From Octopus sinensis (taxonomy: Eukaryota), in assembly GCF_006345805.1 (NCBI RefSeq), contig NC_043004.1, positions 88,288,001 through 88,352,000 of the forward strand: a stretch of DNA of 64,000 bases, read 5' to 3'. This document shows positions 1 to 14,899 of this stretch, one piece after another; position 1 is the stretch's first letter; each line of letters begins with the position of its first letter. Below the pieces are notes generated by a model that saw only the letters and a program-made list of their open reading frames with translations, was not told the origin of the DNA and ran no database searches. The position numbers and the translations under genes were made by a program.

Positions 1-295
1 ATAGGTATGTATTTTGTATATATTAAATGTGTGTGTATGTGCATGTATTTGTATATACATGCACGCCTTTCTGCGTATATGCAAAAATATATCCTGTTTT
101 TTTTTTTACTTTCACTCTATTACTATTATAATTCTTGTTCTAGCAGGTTCCTTTATTTATCGTTAATATGAGTGTATGTATGTGTACGTTTAGATGCAGG
201 TACATACACACAGAAAACACAGACACACATGCAGATATATTTACATTAAAAGAAAACAAAGAAAAACGAACAAGGCAAAAAAAACACAAAGAAAA

Positions 296-306
296 TAATA
301 ATAATG

Positions 307-346
<40 letters not shown>

Positions 347-387
347 CAACAACAACAATAATAATAATAATAATAATAATAATCATA

Positions 388-420
<33 letters not shown>

Positions 421-436
421 ACAACAACAATAATAA

Positions 437-481
<45 letters not shown>

Positions 482-561
482 TTAAAATAATAATAATAAT
501 AATATTAATAATAATAATAATGATAATGATAACAATAATAATAATAATAATAATAATAATG

Positions 562-617
<56 letters not shown>
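296..617. repeat. (AAT)n/(AAC)n microsatellite
   Basis: Direct reading; accounts for the poly-N/I/L ORFs at 140-756. Confidence 0.97.
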
Positions 618-619
<2 letters not shown>

Positions 620-961
620 ACTTCTTCGCGGTACATCCTTTCATTCATTTCGCAACATAAGATTAGCTTTCCACGAGGAATTACACACGAAAATCGATAA
701 TAAATCAAACGATGGCAGATAGGTAACAGCATCGCCGGCATCAACAGCGCCAACATCCTACCATCACATCCAACACCTCCGCTACACCACCACCACCACC
801 ACCACCACCACCACCACCACTACCCTCACAACAACAACACCAACACCAGCAGCAGCAGCGACGTCGACAACTGTAATAGCAAATTCTCTTCTTATGACAT
901 CTACCCTTATATTGCGTTTATGTTCAATTGTGTGTTGGTGTCCGCGCGCATGCGTCAGCGT

Positions 962-993
<32 letters not shown>

Positions 994-1094
994 GGGTTAA
1001 TTTGTTACGTAAAGATGAAATCTTAGATCCGAACACATCATTGCAAGATTTATTACTTTTCCAGGGAATTAGGAACATAAGGAAAACGCGCGCG

Positions 1095-1192
1095 CGCTTT
1101 ATATATGCATATATACTTATATACATATACATGCAATTATATACATAGAGAGAGACATATGTATGTATGCATATATATATATAGATATACAC

Positions 1193-1240
<48 letters not shown>

Positions 1241-1241
1241 A

Positions 1242-1273
<32 letters not shown>

Positions 1274-1479
1274 CATATATACGTTTACATATATATATGT
1301 ATATATATACATATATATTACATATATACATACATATACATATATACATATACTTACACACACATATATATATATATATGCATATACATATACATATATA
1401 TATACATATACATATATATATGTATATATATATCCATATATATATATATACATATATATATATATCCATATATATATCC

Positions 1480-1517
<38 letters not shown>

Positions 1518-1720
1518 CCATATGTATACACACACACATATATATATATACATACTCAGCGATACACACATACACACACACACGTGTGTGTATGAGAGAG
1601 ACAATTACAAAACATAAGTACATGAATGTACATATATGCACACATATATGTATGTGTATATGTATGTTTATCTACCTATGTGCATACTCTTGTTACTGTG
1701 TATTCTATATTTATATTTCT
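1095..1720. repeat. compound (TA)n/(TATG)n/(CA)n microsatellite field
   Basis: Direct reading; source of the YI/IY-repeat ORFs. Confidence 0.95.
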
Positions 1721-1863
1721 GTGCATATGAATCCATGAACAGGCAAACAAGAGTGTGAATAAATCTATGTGTACGTGCATGTTTTCATGTACACACTGTA
1801 TATATAGTCACCAGCACTCCGAAACGTTTGTGTGAATATGCATATATCTTTAAACTTTCCTTA

Positions 1864-1894
<31 letters not shown>

Positions 1895-1961
1895 TATATA
1901 TAATATATATATATATTATATATATATATATATATATAATATATATTATATATATATATAA

Positions 1962-2118
1962 AGTTAATCCAACGAGAAAACAAAAACAAAAAAAACACGA
2001 GGACGTGGAACAAATAAAGTATTATTGGACGCTCAGGAAAGAAGGGAAGAAGGAGGGTTGACGTTTCGAGCGGAGCTCTTCGTCGGAAACATAGGAGAAG
2101 GAAAGATCCCGAGAAGGG
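1962..2118 (-). mobile_element. PLE-type terminal fragment in (TA)n with degenerate minimal hammerhead
   Basis: Minus strand reads CCGACGA-A-GAG-CUCCG-CUC-GAAAC-GUC (about 2055-2092). A homologous copy lies at 56853-57040. Both flanks are (TA)n. Confidence 0.7.
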
Positions 2119-2177
2119 TAGACAGGGGAAAAAAATCGTGTATATATATATATATAATATATATATATATAATATAT

Positions 2178-2225
<48 letters not shown>

Positions 2226-2332
2226 TCATGCACATACACACACACAACACACACGCACACACAACACACACACACACACACACACAACATACACACACAC
2301 ACAGATACATGTATATATATATATCCTTTATC

Positions 2333-2562
2333 TTTTACTTCTTTCAGTCATTAGACTTCAGCCATGCTGAGGCAGCGCCTTAAATTCTTAGCAGAATGTA
2401 TCGATCCACTACATTTTTTGTAAAGTTGGTACTTATCCTCTTTTGCCGAAATGCAGTTGCAAACACACCAGTATCGGTGGTTATGTGATGGTGCTGTGGG
2501 GGAGAAACACAGGCAAAAAGACACACACACACACACACCCACAAAAGTACATACATACACAC

Positions 2563-2615
<53 letters not shown>

Positions 2616-2785
2616 TATACGACGTGCTTCTTTCAGTTTCCGTTTACTAATTACACTCACAAGGCTTTGGTCGACCCAAAGGCTGTAGTATAACTCACTT
2701 GCCCAAGGTGCCATGCAGTAGAATTGAGCCTGGGACCATGTAGGTTAGGAAGCGTGCTTCTTACCACGCAGCCACGCCTGCTCCT
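2333..2785 (-). mobile_element. SINE family B (tRNA head, CORE-like GGCACCTTGGGCAAG, internal microsatellite)
   Basis: Matches many other copies in the window (e.g. 24982-25295, 45575-45988). Confidence 0.85.
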
Positions 2786-3022
2786 ATATGTACTTATATA
2801 TGCTCACCAGCTGGCTCCGTGCCTTCAAAAATGACGGCTAATTGTATTTGATATATAAATTTGGATGGTAAATCAAATTAATACACTTGTCAAAGTTATC
2901 TATTGGTTGTCTTTAGATATATGCCATCGATCACCGTTTGTTACTGAAAGAACGCCGGTTCACACATACAAATATTCACATACTTCACTTGTACGCGCAC
3001 ACACATACACACATATATCCAC

Positions 3023-3740
3023 ACAGAGTTGTAACGCTGTTTGATTTTTCTTTTCAGCATTGAATGTTCACCATCCCACTTCCATTGCACGCACACACAC
3101 ACACACACATACATACGCATACAAACACACACACACACCTCTCTTTTACATACACACACACCTCCCTATTACATATACACACATATATTAACAAGAGTTG
3201 AATCGCTGTATTTGATTTTTCTTTTCAGGCCTTGAATATTCACCATTCCACTTCCGTTGCACGCACACACACACACACATACATACGCATACAAACACAC
3301 ACACACACCTCTCTTTTACATACACACACACCTCCCTATTACATATACACACATATATTAACAGAGAGTTGAATCGCTGTTTGATTTTTCTTTTCAGCCT
3401 TGAATATTCACCATTCCACTTCCGTTGCACGCACACACACACACACACACACATACACACACATATATACATACACAAACACACACAACTCCCTTTTATA
3501 TACACACACATATACTCCTACAAAGTTGAAACGCTGTTTGATTTTTCTTTTCAGCCTTGAATATTCACCATCCCACTTCCACTGCACATGAACATACTCA
3601 CATACACGCACTCACACACGCACGCACGCACGCACGCACGCACGCATACACACACACACACACACACACACACCTCTCTTTTACATACACACTCACCTCC
3701 TTTTTCATACGTACACATATACTCACACAAAGTTGAAACG
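3023..3740 (+). repeat. ~170-bp minisatellite, 4 full copies plus a partial
   Basis: (G/A)AGTTG..CGCTGT(T)TGATTTTTCTTTTCAG recurs at about 3026, 3195, 3366 and 3523, with a partial at 3730. Confidence 0.9.
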
Positions 3741-5266
3741 CCCGCACTACCAGTTTACCATCTCGCTTCCTTCCTTCCTAGTCTTTCATCCCTTCCTTTA
3801 CCATTCGTATGTTGTGACGGAGAAAAACACAAGAGTATTATCATAGTCGGTGTACGCATTAACGCACATTCTGATATCATCATACATCTTCGCGATTGCT
3901 CCTAGTCTCATAATTCACAACACACGTGTGTAGGCATATGCACCGAGAATCTTGGATACGTTGACGTAAGCACGTGTTCAGAGCATATGCACGCACACAC
4001 GTACACACACACATACACAACACACACACACATGCAGGTGCAAACACACACCTGTCTTGTAGACAAATGATTTTAAAATTACAGAGACGCGCAGGCGCAG
4101 ACACATTACAGATGTACATGTAGGTGTATGTAGACGTAGATGCCTATACGCATGTGAGCATATATATTTATATACACACACATTCATATATACATACACA
4201 CACAGGCGTGCGTGCACACACATACACATTCTCACTCTCTCTCTCTCACACACACACACGTCCACACATAGTAGATACCTACACACATGTCAGCATACAT
4301 ATATACTCACATTTATATATATACACACACACGCACACACACAAACACACACGCACACACATACACACATACTCTCACACAAACACACGCACACACACTG
4401 GAAATCAGATGCTCAAGCATTCAAGATTGCAGATGCAGTTGTACGCACACACACGCACCCACACACACATACACACAAAAAAAAAACGCACACGCACACA
4501 CATACACACAAAAAAAAACGCACACGCACACACATACACGTGCGCGCACGTTCTAACGCAAACTCAAATATTAACTTAGATATACAGTCAACCACACATA
4601 TACATGCGAACATACTCTCACAAATACATACTCTCACGTATACATAATCCCCACGTGGCTCCGACACGTGCTACTGTCTTTTTGCTCCAGATATAGAATA
4701 CTTAGTTCTACATTATCCAATGTGTCTTTCATTTTTTGGACGATAAAATACTATTTAAAATAGACTTTGCTGTTGCCTCTATCAAATTTCTTTAGTTTGC
4801 TCGCCCATGTTTGATTCAAGGAGAGCAAGTTGACAGAAAATGCTAAGGCAAGTCTCTGGGGACATTGCTGCCTCGGGTTCACGGTCTCATAAGACCAGAT
4901 ACCCAGGATTCATGACGTATAAGTGGAGGATATTACACCCTATTCTCCAACAGGATGCAGGCCATCGTAGAGTTACTCATTTACAGTTGGGTGGACAGAG
5001 TAACGTGAAATAAAGCGTTTTGTTAGAACACACAGCGCATTGTTCGGTCTGGAGATCGAAACAACGCTCTTCCGATCGTAAGCGCAGCAACTTATCGTTT
5101 GGCCACATGCCTTCAGAAAGCGACTGAATGGGAGATCAGTTTTCCGTTTTTCGAGACTATAAGCAGTAAAATCAGAGAAACCACAGAATAGTCTGCGTCA
5201 GGAAATAGTACATAGTTTTTAATTGTACTTTCATATTAAACAATATTCGACTTCAATTCACAATTG

Positions 5267-5337
<71 letters not shown>

Positions 5338-5377
5338 GTCTATCTGTCTATCTATCTATTTATCTATATATATCAAA

Positions 5378-5606
5378 GGCGGCGAGCTGGCAGAAGCGTT
5401 AGCGCGCCGAGCGAAATGCTTAGCGGTATTTCGTCTGTCGTTACGTTCCGAGTTAAAATTCCGCCGAGGTCGACTTTACCTTTCATCCTTTCGGGGTCGA
5501 TAAATAAAGTACCAGTTTCGCACTGGGGTCGATGTAATCGACTTAATCCCTTTGTCTGTCCTTGTTTGTCCTCTCTATGTTTAACCCCTTGTGGGTAGTA
5601 AAGAAA
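5378..5606 (+). mobile_element. SINE family A (tRNA-like head; central GCCTTTCATCCTTTCGGGGTCGATAAA domain)
   Basis: A-box-like AGCTGGCAGA and B-box-like GAGTT(C/A)AAATTCC; more than 10 copies in the window. Confidence 0.88.
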
Positions 5607-5607
5607 A

Positions 5608-5713
<106 letters not shown>

Positions 5714-6413
5714 GTGTGTCTTTATTTATTCAAACATCTTTTAAATGGAGATTGATCCGGTGGGAACATTGATAAAAGTAATGTTCTTGAACATAAGTAT
5801 TCTAAAAACTATATTCGCGTAAATGAAATAAAATGAACGATTGTTTAAAAAGAACTGGTAAACGTGTAAAGATCAAAAAAATCCGAGGAGGACTTCTTAA
5901 TCGCTGCATTATCCAACGTTAATCTGGTATTATTTATTCATTTGATTTTTAAGAAGAATCTGACAACTACTTTCAGGAACTCACAGCCTCATTATGAACC
6001 CACAGTTGGAGTTATTTAAAATTCATTTACCCACAGAAGTGACAACGATATCTCAAACGGCCATTTATCACATTTCTGAAGGGAACAAGAGCTAATCGCT
6101 ATTGAACGATAACGCATTAAATATATACATTTCTATGGTTGACCCGATGTCATCGGTTTGTGATATAAGTAGCTTATAAATATTTTTCACATTTAAGGAA
6201 TGTTTTTCTAATGACCGCTATTCAGTGTAAAGCGTCAATAACATGAAATATTACTGAAAGAAAATTTCCTACAGAAGTGGGTGCAGGATCTAAATAGCGA
6301 TTCAATACAGAAAAAGAAATACGAAGTATGCACCAAATACCTAAGTCTATACCTAAAGTAGAAAGAAATTAAAATCCGAATACATATTGTTGGGAATACA
6401 TAAAAATATAATC

Positions 6414-7280
6414 AGACGTAGAGAAGCAAGCCCATGCCGTCCAACAGCGTTTCCATCGTGGGACACTGGACCGACGGACCGGTTAAATTACTCGGAGTCT
6501 GGTTCGATCCGGACCTCCAAATAGAGAAGAACTGGGGCGAAATAACGACTAGGGTGGCCACTCTCACGCAGCAACGGGCCGAGAGGAAGCTATCCCAAAA
6601 AGGTCGGGCGGAGGTGGCGAACGCGTACATCGCATCCATCATCGAGTACCGTCGTGCCTTGTCCGTCGTGCCTTGACCGTCGTGCCTTGTCCCGACCCTA
6701 CCATCGCAAAACTGGAACGCATACTCTTCTGCTTCCTGTGGAAGGGAAGCGTTCTGATGGTTAGGCGATCCATTTGCTGTCAACACCCGCTAAATGGAGG
6801 GCTAGGCATGCCGTGGTTGATGATGCGCAGACATGCGCTGAGACTGCGACATCTCCGGCGCTTCATAGACGACGGTCAACAGGTGTGGTCGACTTTTGTG
6901 CGACGCGCTTTCCCGCATCGCGTCTCCTTGGCTGAACTACAGTCGTGGATCAAACAGAGACCGAGGCTAGGCGAATGGCATTGCGAGTGTCGCGTTGCTC
7001 TTAAGCAACTCTGTCGTCCAGGACCAAACTTGTGCGACTTCATTACCACAAAGGTGTTCTATTGAGGATTAGTGGAGGGGAGGTGCGGCGATGTTCTCGG
7101 GCAGAATCTGGGCGTCGACGAGGAACACCTGACCCGCCTGTTCAGGACAACTTTCGGGCCGGAACCTATGGACAATCACCAAAGGTTTTGTCTCACGAAA
7201 GTTTCCAAAATAGGTGGATGAATGTAGCAAAGATGGTGCGTGCGAGTGACGAAACCACTTGGAGCATGATCCTGTAAATC

Positions 7281-7362
<82 letters not shown>

Positions 7363-7680
7363 ACTTTGCTCTCGTGTTTATTTCCTCTTTGACTGGGGTT
7401 ACCGTGGTCTTTTCTGTAGGCTTTTCTTCCCACGGATGAACCTAATATTGTTTCTTACTGTTAAAAAAATTTGCTTCTGTGATACACGATCCCTTTTGAT
7501 CGCTTTTCTTTTTCTTTTTTCCTTTTTATCTTTTTTTTCCGATCTCTTTTGATCGCAATTCTACATTTGTTTCCTTTTTTGTTCCTTTTTTTCTTTTTCC
7601 ATCTTCGAAAAGAAAAGCTCTACATTTGTATTTGTCCCCTCTGTATTCAGCCCTGTGTGGCCAATAAAGAAAGTTATCTA
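6414..7680 (+). mobile_element. L1/Tx1-clade LINE 3' fragment (ORF2 C-terminal part plus 3' UTR)
   Basis: Translations LGVWFDPDLQIEKNW..RKLSQKGR..ILFCFLWKG..GGLGMP match the post-RT region of L1/Tx1 ORF2. The ORF is frameshifted and ends in AATAAA followed by (TATC)n. Confidence 0.8.
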
Positions 7681-7688
7681 TCTATCTA

Positions 7689-7755
<67 letters not shown>

Positions 7756-7983
7756 CCTACCTACCTATCTGAATGTGTGCATAACAGGTATGCATAACAA
7801 ATAATCGATTATTCAAGAACTCAATAACAACATATTGCTCTTCATATTAATCTGTAAAAGCATGGCAACAATGTGTGTGTTTGTGTGTGCGCGCGCGGTT
7901 TTCCTGAAACATATATAAGAAAGGAAAAGGGAAGTTGATGTAAAAATCAATGACGTCTTCTTCCTTATATTTCTTTTCTGCAC

Positions 7984-8041
<58 letters not shown>

Positions 8042-8214
8042 TTAAAGGTAAGATCTAAGGATCAAGTGCAAGAAGTTAGTGAGATTCAAGCAAAAGGTAG
8101 AAGACATAAAAAGCAACTTTCCGGAACAGTAGTGGTTTATTGGCGCAGAAGTTTGTGAATTTTTCCTGTATCGAAGTGCGATTAGCTAGAAAAAGTTTAT
8201 TTTATAGTTCACAG

Positions 8215-8256
<42 letters not shown>

Positions 8257-8263
8257 TATATAT

Positions 8264-8298
<35 letters not shown>

Positions 8299-8299
8299 T

Positions 8300-8650
8300 A
8301 CTCTTTTACTTGTTTCAGTCATTTGACTGTGGCCATGCTTTACTTATTCTTTGTAAGCCTAGTACTTATCCTATCGATCTCTTTTGCGGTACCGCTAAGT
8401 TACGGGGACGTAAACACACCACCGTCGGTTGTAAAGCGTTGTTGGGGGACAAACACAGATACACAAACATATACACACACATACATATACATATATATAT
8501 ACATATATACGACGGGCTTCTTTCAGTTTCTGTCTACCTAATCCACTCACAAGGTTTTGGTCGGCCCAAGGCTATAGTAGAAGACACTTGCCCAAGGTGC
8601 CACGTAGTGGGACTGAACCCTGAACCATGTGGTTAGTAAGCAACTCCTGC
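8300..8650 (-). mobile_element. SINE family B
   Basis: Family consensus blocks visible. Confidence 0.8.
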
Positions 8651-8904
8651 ACCGCAAAATTTAACATATTCTAGAAGATAACAGGCTATCTAACTATATA
8701 CTAAAGAAAAAGATTTCAAACGTAAAACATGGGACTAAATCGAAATATTGGTCTGAAATTTTGGCACAAAGCCAGCATTTTCAGGGGCGGGGAGTCAATC
8801 GATTACATAGATCCCAGTACTCAACTGGTATGAATTTTATCAACTCTGAAAGTATGAAAAGCTAAGTAGATCTTGGTGAAATTCGATCCCAGAAAGTAAA
8901 GACG

Positions 8905-9266
8905 ACAGTCATGCTGGAGCACCGCGTTAAAGGATTTTTGTCAACGAAACCGACACCAAGACTTATTCTCTGTAAGCTTAGTAATTATACCGTTGCTCTC
9001 TTTTGTCGAACCACTAAGTTACGGGAACATAAACACACCAGTATCGGTTGTCAAGCGATGGCGGGGGTACAAACACAGACACACACATATAAATGAATAT
9101 ACACATAAATATATATGTATATACGACGGGCTTCTTTCAGTTTCCGCTTATCAAATCCACTCCCGAGGCTATATTAGAAGAGACTTGTCCAAGGTGCCTC
9201 GCAGTGGGACTGACACCGGGACCATGAGGTTGGGAAGGAAGCCTCTTACCACACTGCTACGCCTGT
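8905..9266 (-). mobile_element. SINE family B (diverged)
   Basis: Family consensus blocks visible. Confidence 0.75.
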
Positions 9267-10107
9267 TGCATGTATTTTTACAATTATGATTCAAGAATGT
9301 CGGTGGACGAGCCTAACACTAGACGTGGGAGACAAGATGTGTACATGGTTTTAAAATAAAATACGAATTGGCAGAGAGTTTAAAGCAGCAGGTGGAAAGC
9401 TTACTGTATTTAGCTACAGCGCTAATTTCCGGGTTCAAATCCCACAAGGATCAACTTTACGTTTCATCTTTCTGTGGTTGATAAAGTACCTGTCAAATAC
9501 GGGAATCGATTTAATATCCCTATAAGGCATCCTAGATATAAACGGAAACACAATAGAATAAAAAGTTGATTATAAAGAAAAAGAAGAAGAAGAACAACAA
9601 CAACATGAAGTAGTAGTAATGGTGGTGGCGGTGGTTGTAGTGGTAGTGGTGATAATCGAAAGAAAAAAAATAGAAACAGAATAACAGAAATGGAGGAAAG
9701 GACGACAGAGTTGGGAATAGGGAAGAAGAGATGGATATATTTTATCTTTATGCAATGTAGAATGTGAGTCACCATCGTGGAACTCATACGTTTCCATACT
9801 TTATCAGCAAGAAATACTTGGTGCAATTTATTTTTCGAGGATCCACCAACAATAAATAAAACTTCCAATTCACGGAGACTACAAGTAAGATTTCACAGAA
9901 ACATATTAACTGTTCTTTATCTGTACGGGTTTCTCATATCTAATTCTTCTTTTTAGTCGCTTTTATTTTTTGTGCCTTCATTTACTTTCCTCAGTCTGTC
10001 ATGGCTTACCAGGTCTACACGGACGCTTAAATTGATTAAATATATAATAAATAAATAAGTAAACTGATCACTACATGATTAAGGGACCGACCAGTTGTAA
10101 CATGTTG

Positions 10108-10318
10108 GTTTCAAATTTTGGCACAAGGCCAGTAACTTCTGGAGAGATTAAGTCGATTACATCTACCCTAATCCTCAAGTGATACTAATTTTATTGACCC
10201 CGAAAGAATGAAAGGTAAAGTCAACTTCGACGGAATTCGAACTCAGAATGTAAAGACAGACGAAATGACGCTAAGAATTTTTCCCGGCATGCATGTGATT
10301 CTGCCTGGCCACCGCCTT
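10108..10318 (-). mobile_element. SINE family A variant
   Basis: GAAAGGTAAAGTCAAC..GAACTCAGAA..CCACCGCC. Confidence 0.75.
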
Positions 10319-10678
10319 ACGTCATTTGCAGTATAATGTTACCTATTTACAGCTATGTAGACTAGACTATTGCATGTTAAATGCCTCGGTGAGCCGATAG
10401 ATACAAAGAACCGACGGCCCATCAAGCTATAATATCATTCGCCATCACACAAGCTTACATAAGCACATAGGAGAAGGAGATATTATGATAGTCACTAAGG
10501 CTGTTATGAATAGCAGCAACACCTCCCTCAAACAATACTCTACTGCTTTTATAAAAAAACGACACATTACATAATATGGACTTTGATACACTGTGGATAA
10601 AAACAATTAAAATAAAAACTGTCATGGCATAATCAACAAAACAAGAACAACATCAAGATATGTAAATGCTCATTAAAT

Positions 10679-10709
<31 letters not shown>

Positions 10710-11189
10710 TTCTGTGTGGGTGTAAGAAAGGGTTCCACACAGTTTCCGTAGTCGTTTCAAGCACTAGGTTCGGCTGGTTTGAAACTTTATATGCAGATGT
10801 AGTTTTCGTATTAATTACGAAAATTCTTTCTTAAGACGTTAAGAAACTATAAAATTGAATTTCATCCAATCAGGTGCGACCATTTTTGACACGTCCGACG
10901 TGGGAATAACTGCATATTCAACAACAGCATTTTAGACAAGCAGCTGTAATATATTCATTTTACTATTAGGCTTGAAGTTTGGGGAGAAATTTTAAGTCGG
11001 TTACATTGAGCTAGTGTGTAAAGGATTTTACTTTATAGACCACGAAATGTTGAGAAGTAAAGTTGACCTCGGTGGAATTTGGGCTCAGAACGTAAAGGCA
11101 GTCGAAACACCGCAAAGCATTTTGTCTGGTGCGCTAACGATTCTGCTAACTTGCCGTTTTTTAATCAAGAGTAGTAATTCAACAAGAGT

Positions 11190-11523
11190 GAAGGCGCATG
11201 GCTAAGTGGTTAGAGCGTCGAGCTTACAATTGTAAGGTTGTGAGTTTGAATCCCGGACCGGGCTGCGCGTTGTGCTCTTGAGCAAGACACTTTATTTCAC
11301 GTTGCTCCAGTTCACTCAACTATAGAAATGAGTTGTGATGTCATAGGTGCCTAGCTGTATCGGCTTTTGCCTTTCCCTTGGATAACACTGGTGGCGTGGA
11401 GAGGGGAAGCTGGCATGCATGGGCGACTGCTGTTCTTCCACAAACAACCTTAACTGGACTTGTGCCTGGGAGGGTAATTTTCTCGGTACAGTCCCATGGT
11501 CAGTCATGACCGAAGGGGGTCTA
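11190..11523 (+). mobile_element. SINE family D (tRNA head GGCGCATGGCT.AGTGGTTAGAGCG)
   Basis: Near-identical copy at 15602-15937; B-box GAGTTTGAATCCC. Confidence 0.85.
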
Positions 11524-12149
11524 AGCAAATTCAACAGCTGCGTGACAGTGGTGTCAGATGTGGAATGCAGACCATCATGCAACTTGTTTAACATTGTATT
11601 TTTATTCTTTTGTTCCACTTTACAAATTCACTGTGCACATGTCTTTCGCGTGCTGATTCTTTTGTTTTCGGTTCCTATTCAAAACTGTTTACAGATCACA
11701 ACCATCTCATAAAACTGCGTTGTGAGAAAATCAAAATTAACTAACGTGTGAATGTAGCAATTCCAACATCCGGTGTGTCGAAAATAGCAACATCTTGCTG
11801 GTTGAAATTTTGAAAAGTTTCAATTATCAAAGTTTTGTAAGTTCTTCGTTTGTAATTTCTCCAAAAGATGAACACGAATTCCATAATTAGCTTGGAAACC
11901 ATTTATGGAAAAATTTTCCTGTAAAACCCATCTTCTGTGTAAAAATCTAAAGAACCTTAGTTTCTTTTATACCCAAATCATTTAGAAGACATTGGTGGAC
12001 AAGGGCGATAGTAAATTGCTCAAGATGCCGTGCAGTTGGATGGGATTGAACCTGAAACCACAGCAGTGAACTGAACTTCTTAACCAGTTGATTCCATGAC
12101 TTCACTCACGCATATACATACACGCACATACACACACCACACATAAGCT

Positions 12150-12198
<49 letters not shown>

Positions 12199-12510
12199 GA
12201 GTGTGAGTGTGTGTGCGAATTATATAACTTGTCATTTTGGTAGATACGTAGGCAAGCAAATAGACAGACGGACAGACAACAAATAGATAGACAGATATAT
12301 GGATGGATAGATAGATAAGCTGATACAGAGATAGGTAGGCAAATACATAGATATATAGACAGACAAAGAGAGAGTAAGAGAGAAAGATAAATAGAAACAT
12401 ATAGAGAACATAGATAAACAGAAAAATAGATAAATAGTGAAATAAAATTATAGATAGATATAAAGATAGATATGCAGGCAGACAGACAGACAGATAGATA
12501 GATAGATAGT

Positions 12511-12550
<40 letters not shown>

Positions 12551-12700
12551 AAGTTAGAGAAGGAGAGACTGATAAACATAGATGGACAGAGATAGATTGG
12601 TAGATAGACACATAAATAGATAAAGGGATTGAAAACATAAATTTAAAAGGAAGATAAGGAGAGAGATAGACCAAGATAGATAGATAGGTAGACTGAAAGG

Positions 12701-12765
<65 letters not shown>

Positions 12766-12801
12766 ATAGAAAAATAGATAAGCAGATAAGGATAGATAGA
12801 T

Positions 12802-12846
<45 letters not shown>

Positions 12847-13499
12847 GTAGTTTTGTGTTGGCGATGCTGATTGTATGTTGTTAGTGCTTAGGTGAGCTGG
12901 ATTGACTCGCTGATGCATGTAAATGCTGCAACGTTTGTGTTCATCCGCACAATAAATGGTTTACATAATGAAAATAGATCGACGGATGATATGAATGATA
13001 ATGGTTGGATTCATGATGGATGAATGAATTTATGTAGTGAATATATGAACTGCTAAGAGGAGCGAATGGTGAACCGTCTATTGATAAATGGAAAGTAGAG
13101 GTTGACAATTGATTATAATTCTTATATTCACATGTCTACATACATATTTGTAGCAATAGAAAGTGCTTTATCAATACAAGGAATCTAAAAATCTCTCTTT
13201 TAATCACCTTTTGAACTTAAACCCACTTTCATATATGCATACATTCGCACATACATTTCCTTTCAGCGTAGGCAGGTCTCGATAGAATTCTGGCAACATC
13301 TTTAAACAAACCCCATGACTCTGTTGTGAGACTTCCTTGGAGGAATACAAACATACATTCGTGCTGCCTTCTTTCTTTGTTTTATTTTTAATTTTTTAAT
13401 TTGTTAATCTTGATTTTACAAGACGCCATCTGGTCGGCTAGATACACAAAAGTTTGCTCTATAGGTCTGGATAATCGACACGTAAAGAACCCCCAAAAA

Positions 13500-13736
13500 T
13501 ACCTATTTCTTTACTACCTACACGGGGCTAAACACAGAGAGCACAAACAAGGACAGACAAAGGGATTAAGTCGAGTACATCGATCCCAGTGCGTAACTGG
13601 TACTTAATTTATCGACCCCGAAAGGATGAAAGGAAAAGTCGACCTCGACGGAATTTGAACTCAGAACGTAGCGGCAGACGAAATACCGCTAAGCATTTCG
13701 CCCTGCGTGCTAACGATTTTGCCAACACACCGCCTT
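13500..13736 (-). mobile_element. SINE family A
   Basis: Reverse complement of the 5378-5606 type. Confidence 0.85.
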
Positions 13737-14899
13737 TAAAGAACCAAAAAAATACCGCAGAGATTTTTTTTCCGTACTCTAGGAACTCCAACTATGGAGC
13801 ACTCGTTGATTTGTAATGTATTTTATCAAATACGGAAGAATGGAAAGCAAAAGTGGGATTTGAACTAGGTACTTAAGGAACCGGAAGAAATAACGCACGG
13901 CATTCTCATTCGATTCTGTTGATTCGTCGCTTTACACGCACACACACAAACACACATAAACACTAGCATCATTTGTTTTACACATTGACGCACATACACA
14001 CAAATCCTTTCACACACATAACAAAATTGTGAAAGATTGGACAATCTCGCCAAATGTGTAGGAAATGCTTTCACTCTTAGTGTTCAGGCGGTGATCGTTA
14101 GCGCATCGGAACACTCATCTTTACGTTCTGAGTTCGAATTCTGGTGTCGACTTTTACATTTTATCTTTTCGGTGTCGATAAAATAAGCATCAGTTGAGCA
14201 GTGGGGTTGATGACAGACAGAGAAACATATACTCTTTTACTTGTTTCAGTCATGTGACTGTGGCCAAGCTGGAGCATCCAACTTTAGTCGAGCAAATCGA
14301 CCCCAGGACTTATTCTTTGTAATACACACACACATACACACACACATACATACATACATGCATACATACATACATACATACATACATACATACATACATT
14401 CATACGTGCATAATCCCGACGATACAAATATAAGAAGCTACAGTGATGCGGCTTCTTATATTATGCGTAGTATGAATGTCTTCATTAAAATATAAGTATA
14501 ATAGACCAAACATAATGATCTGGTACGGAGGAAAGAAAGTATGGACAGTAGCTGAAATATGCTGACCAGCAAATGTTAACGTAATGCTAAAGATTAGTGA
14601 ATAAAAAAATCAAAATGTTTCTAGAGCTAACGAGAAATTTGCAGGCATTCCACCCGCTATGGTTCAGGGCCCAGTCCTATTGCGTGGCACATTGGGCAAG
14701 TTAAAGGAAAACTGGAAAAACGCCGTCGTGCATACATGCATGTATGTGTGTATGTGTGTGTGACCGTGTGTGTGTGTGAGTGTGTGTGGTTGTGTGTGTG
14801 ACCGTGTGTGTGACTCTGCGTACGGTGTGACTTTGTGCGTGTGTGTGTGTGACTCTGTGTGTGTGTGACTCTGTGTGTGTGTGTGTGTTTCTCTTTCTT

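Noticed and set aside
140-2310. Long ORFs of poly-I/N/L/Y and YI repeats (also 17744-18546, 26784-27290 and others)
   Set aside because: They are translations of microsatellites, with no coding complexity.
6650-6695. 14-bp unit (CCGTCGTGCCTTG) repeated three times
   Set aside because: It is a local slippage duplication inside the LINE ORF that causes its frameshift; it has no spacers and is not CRISPR-like.
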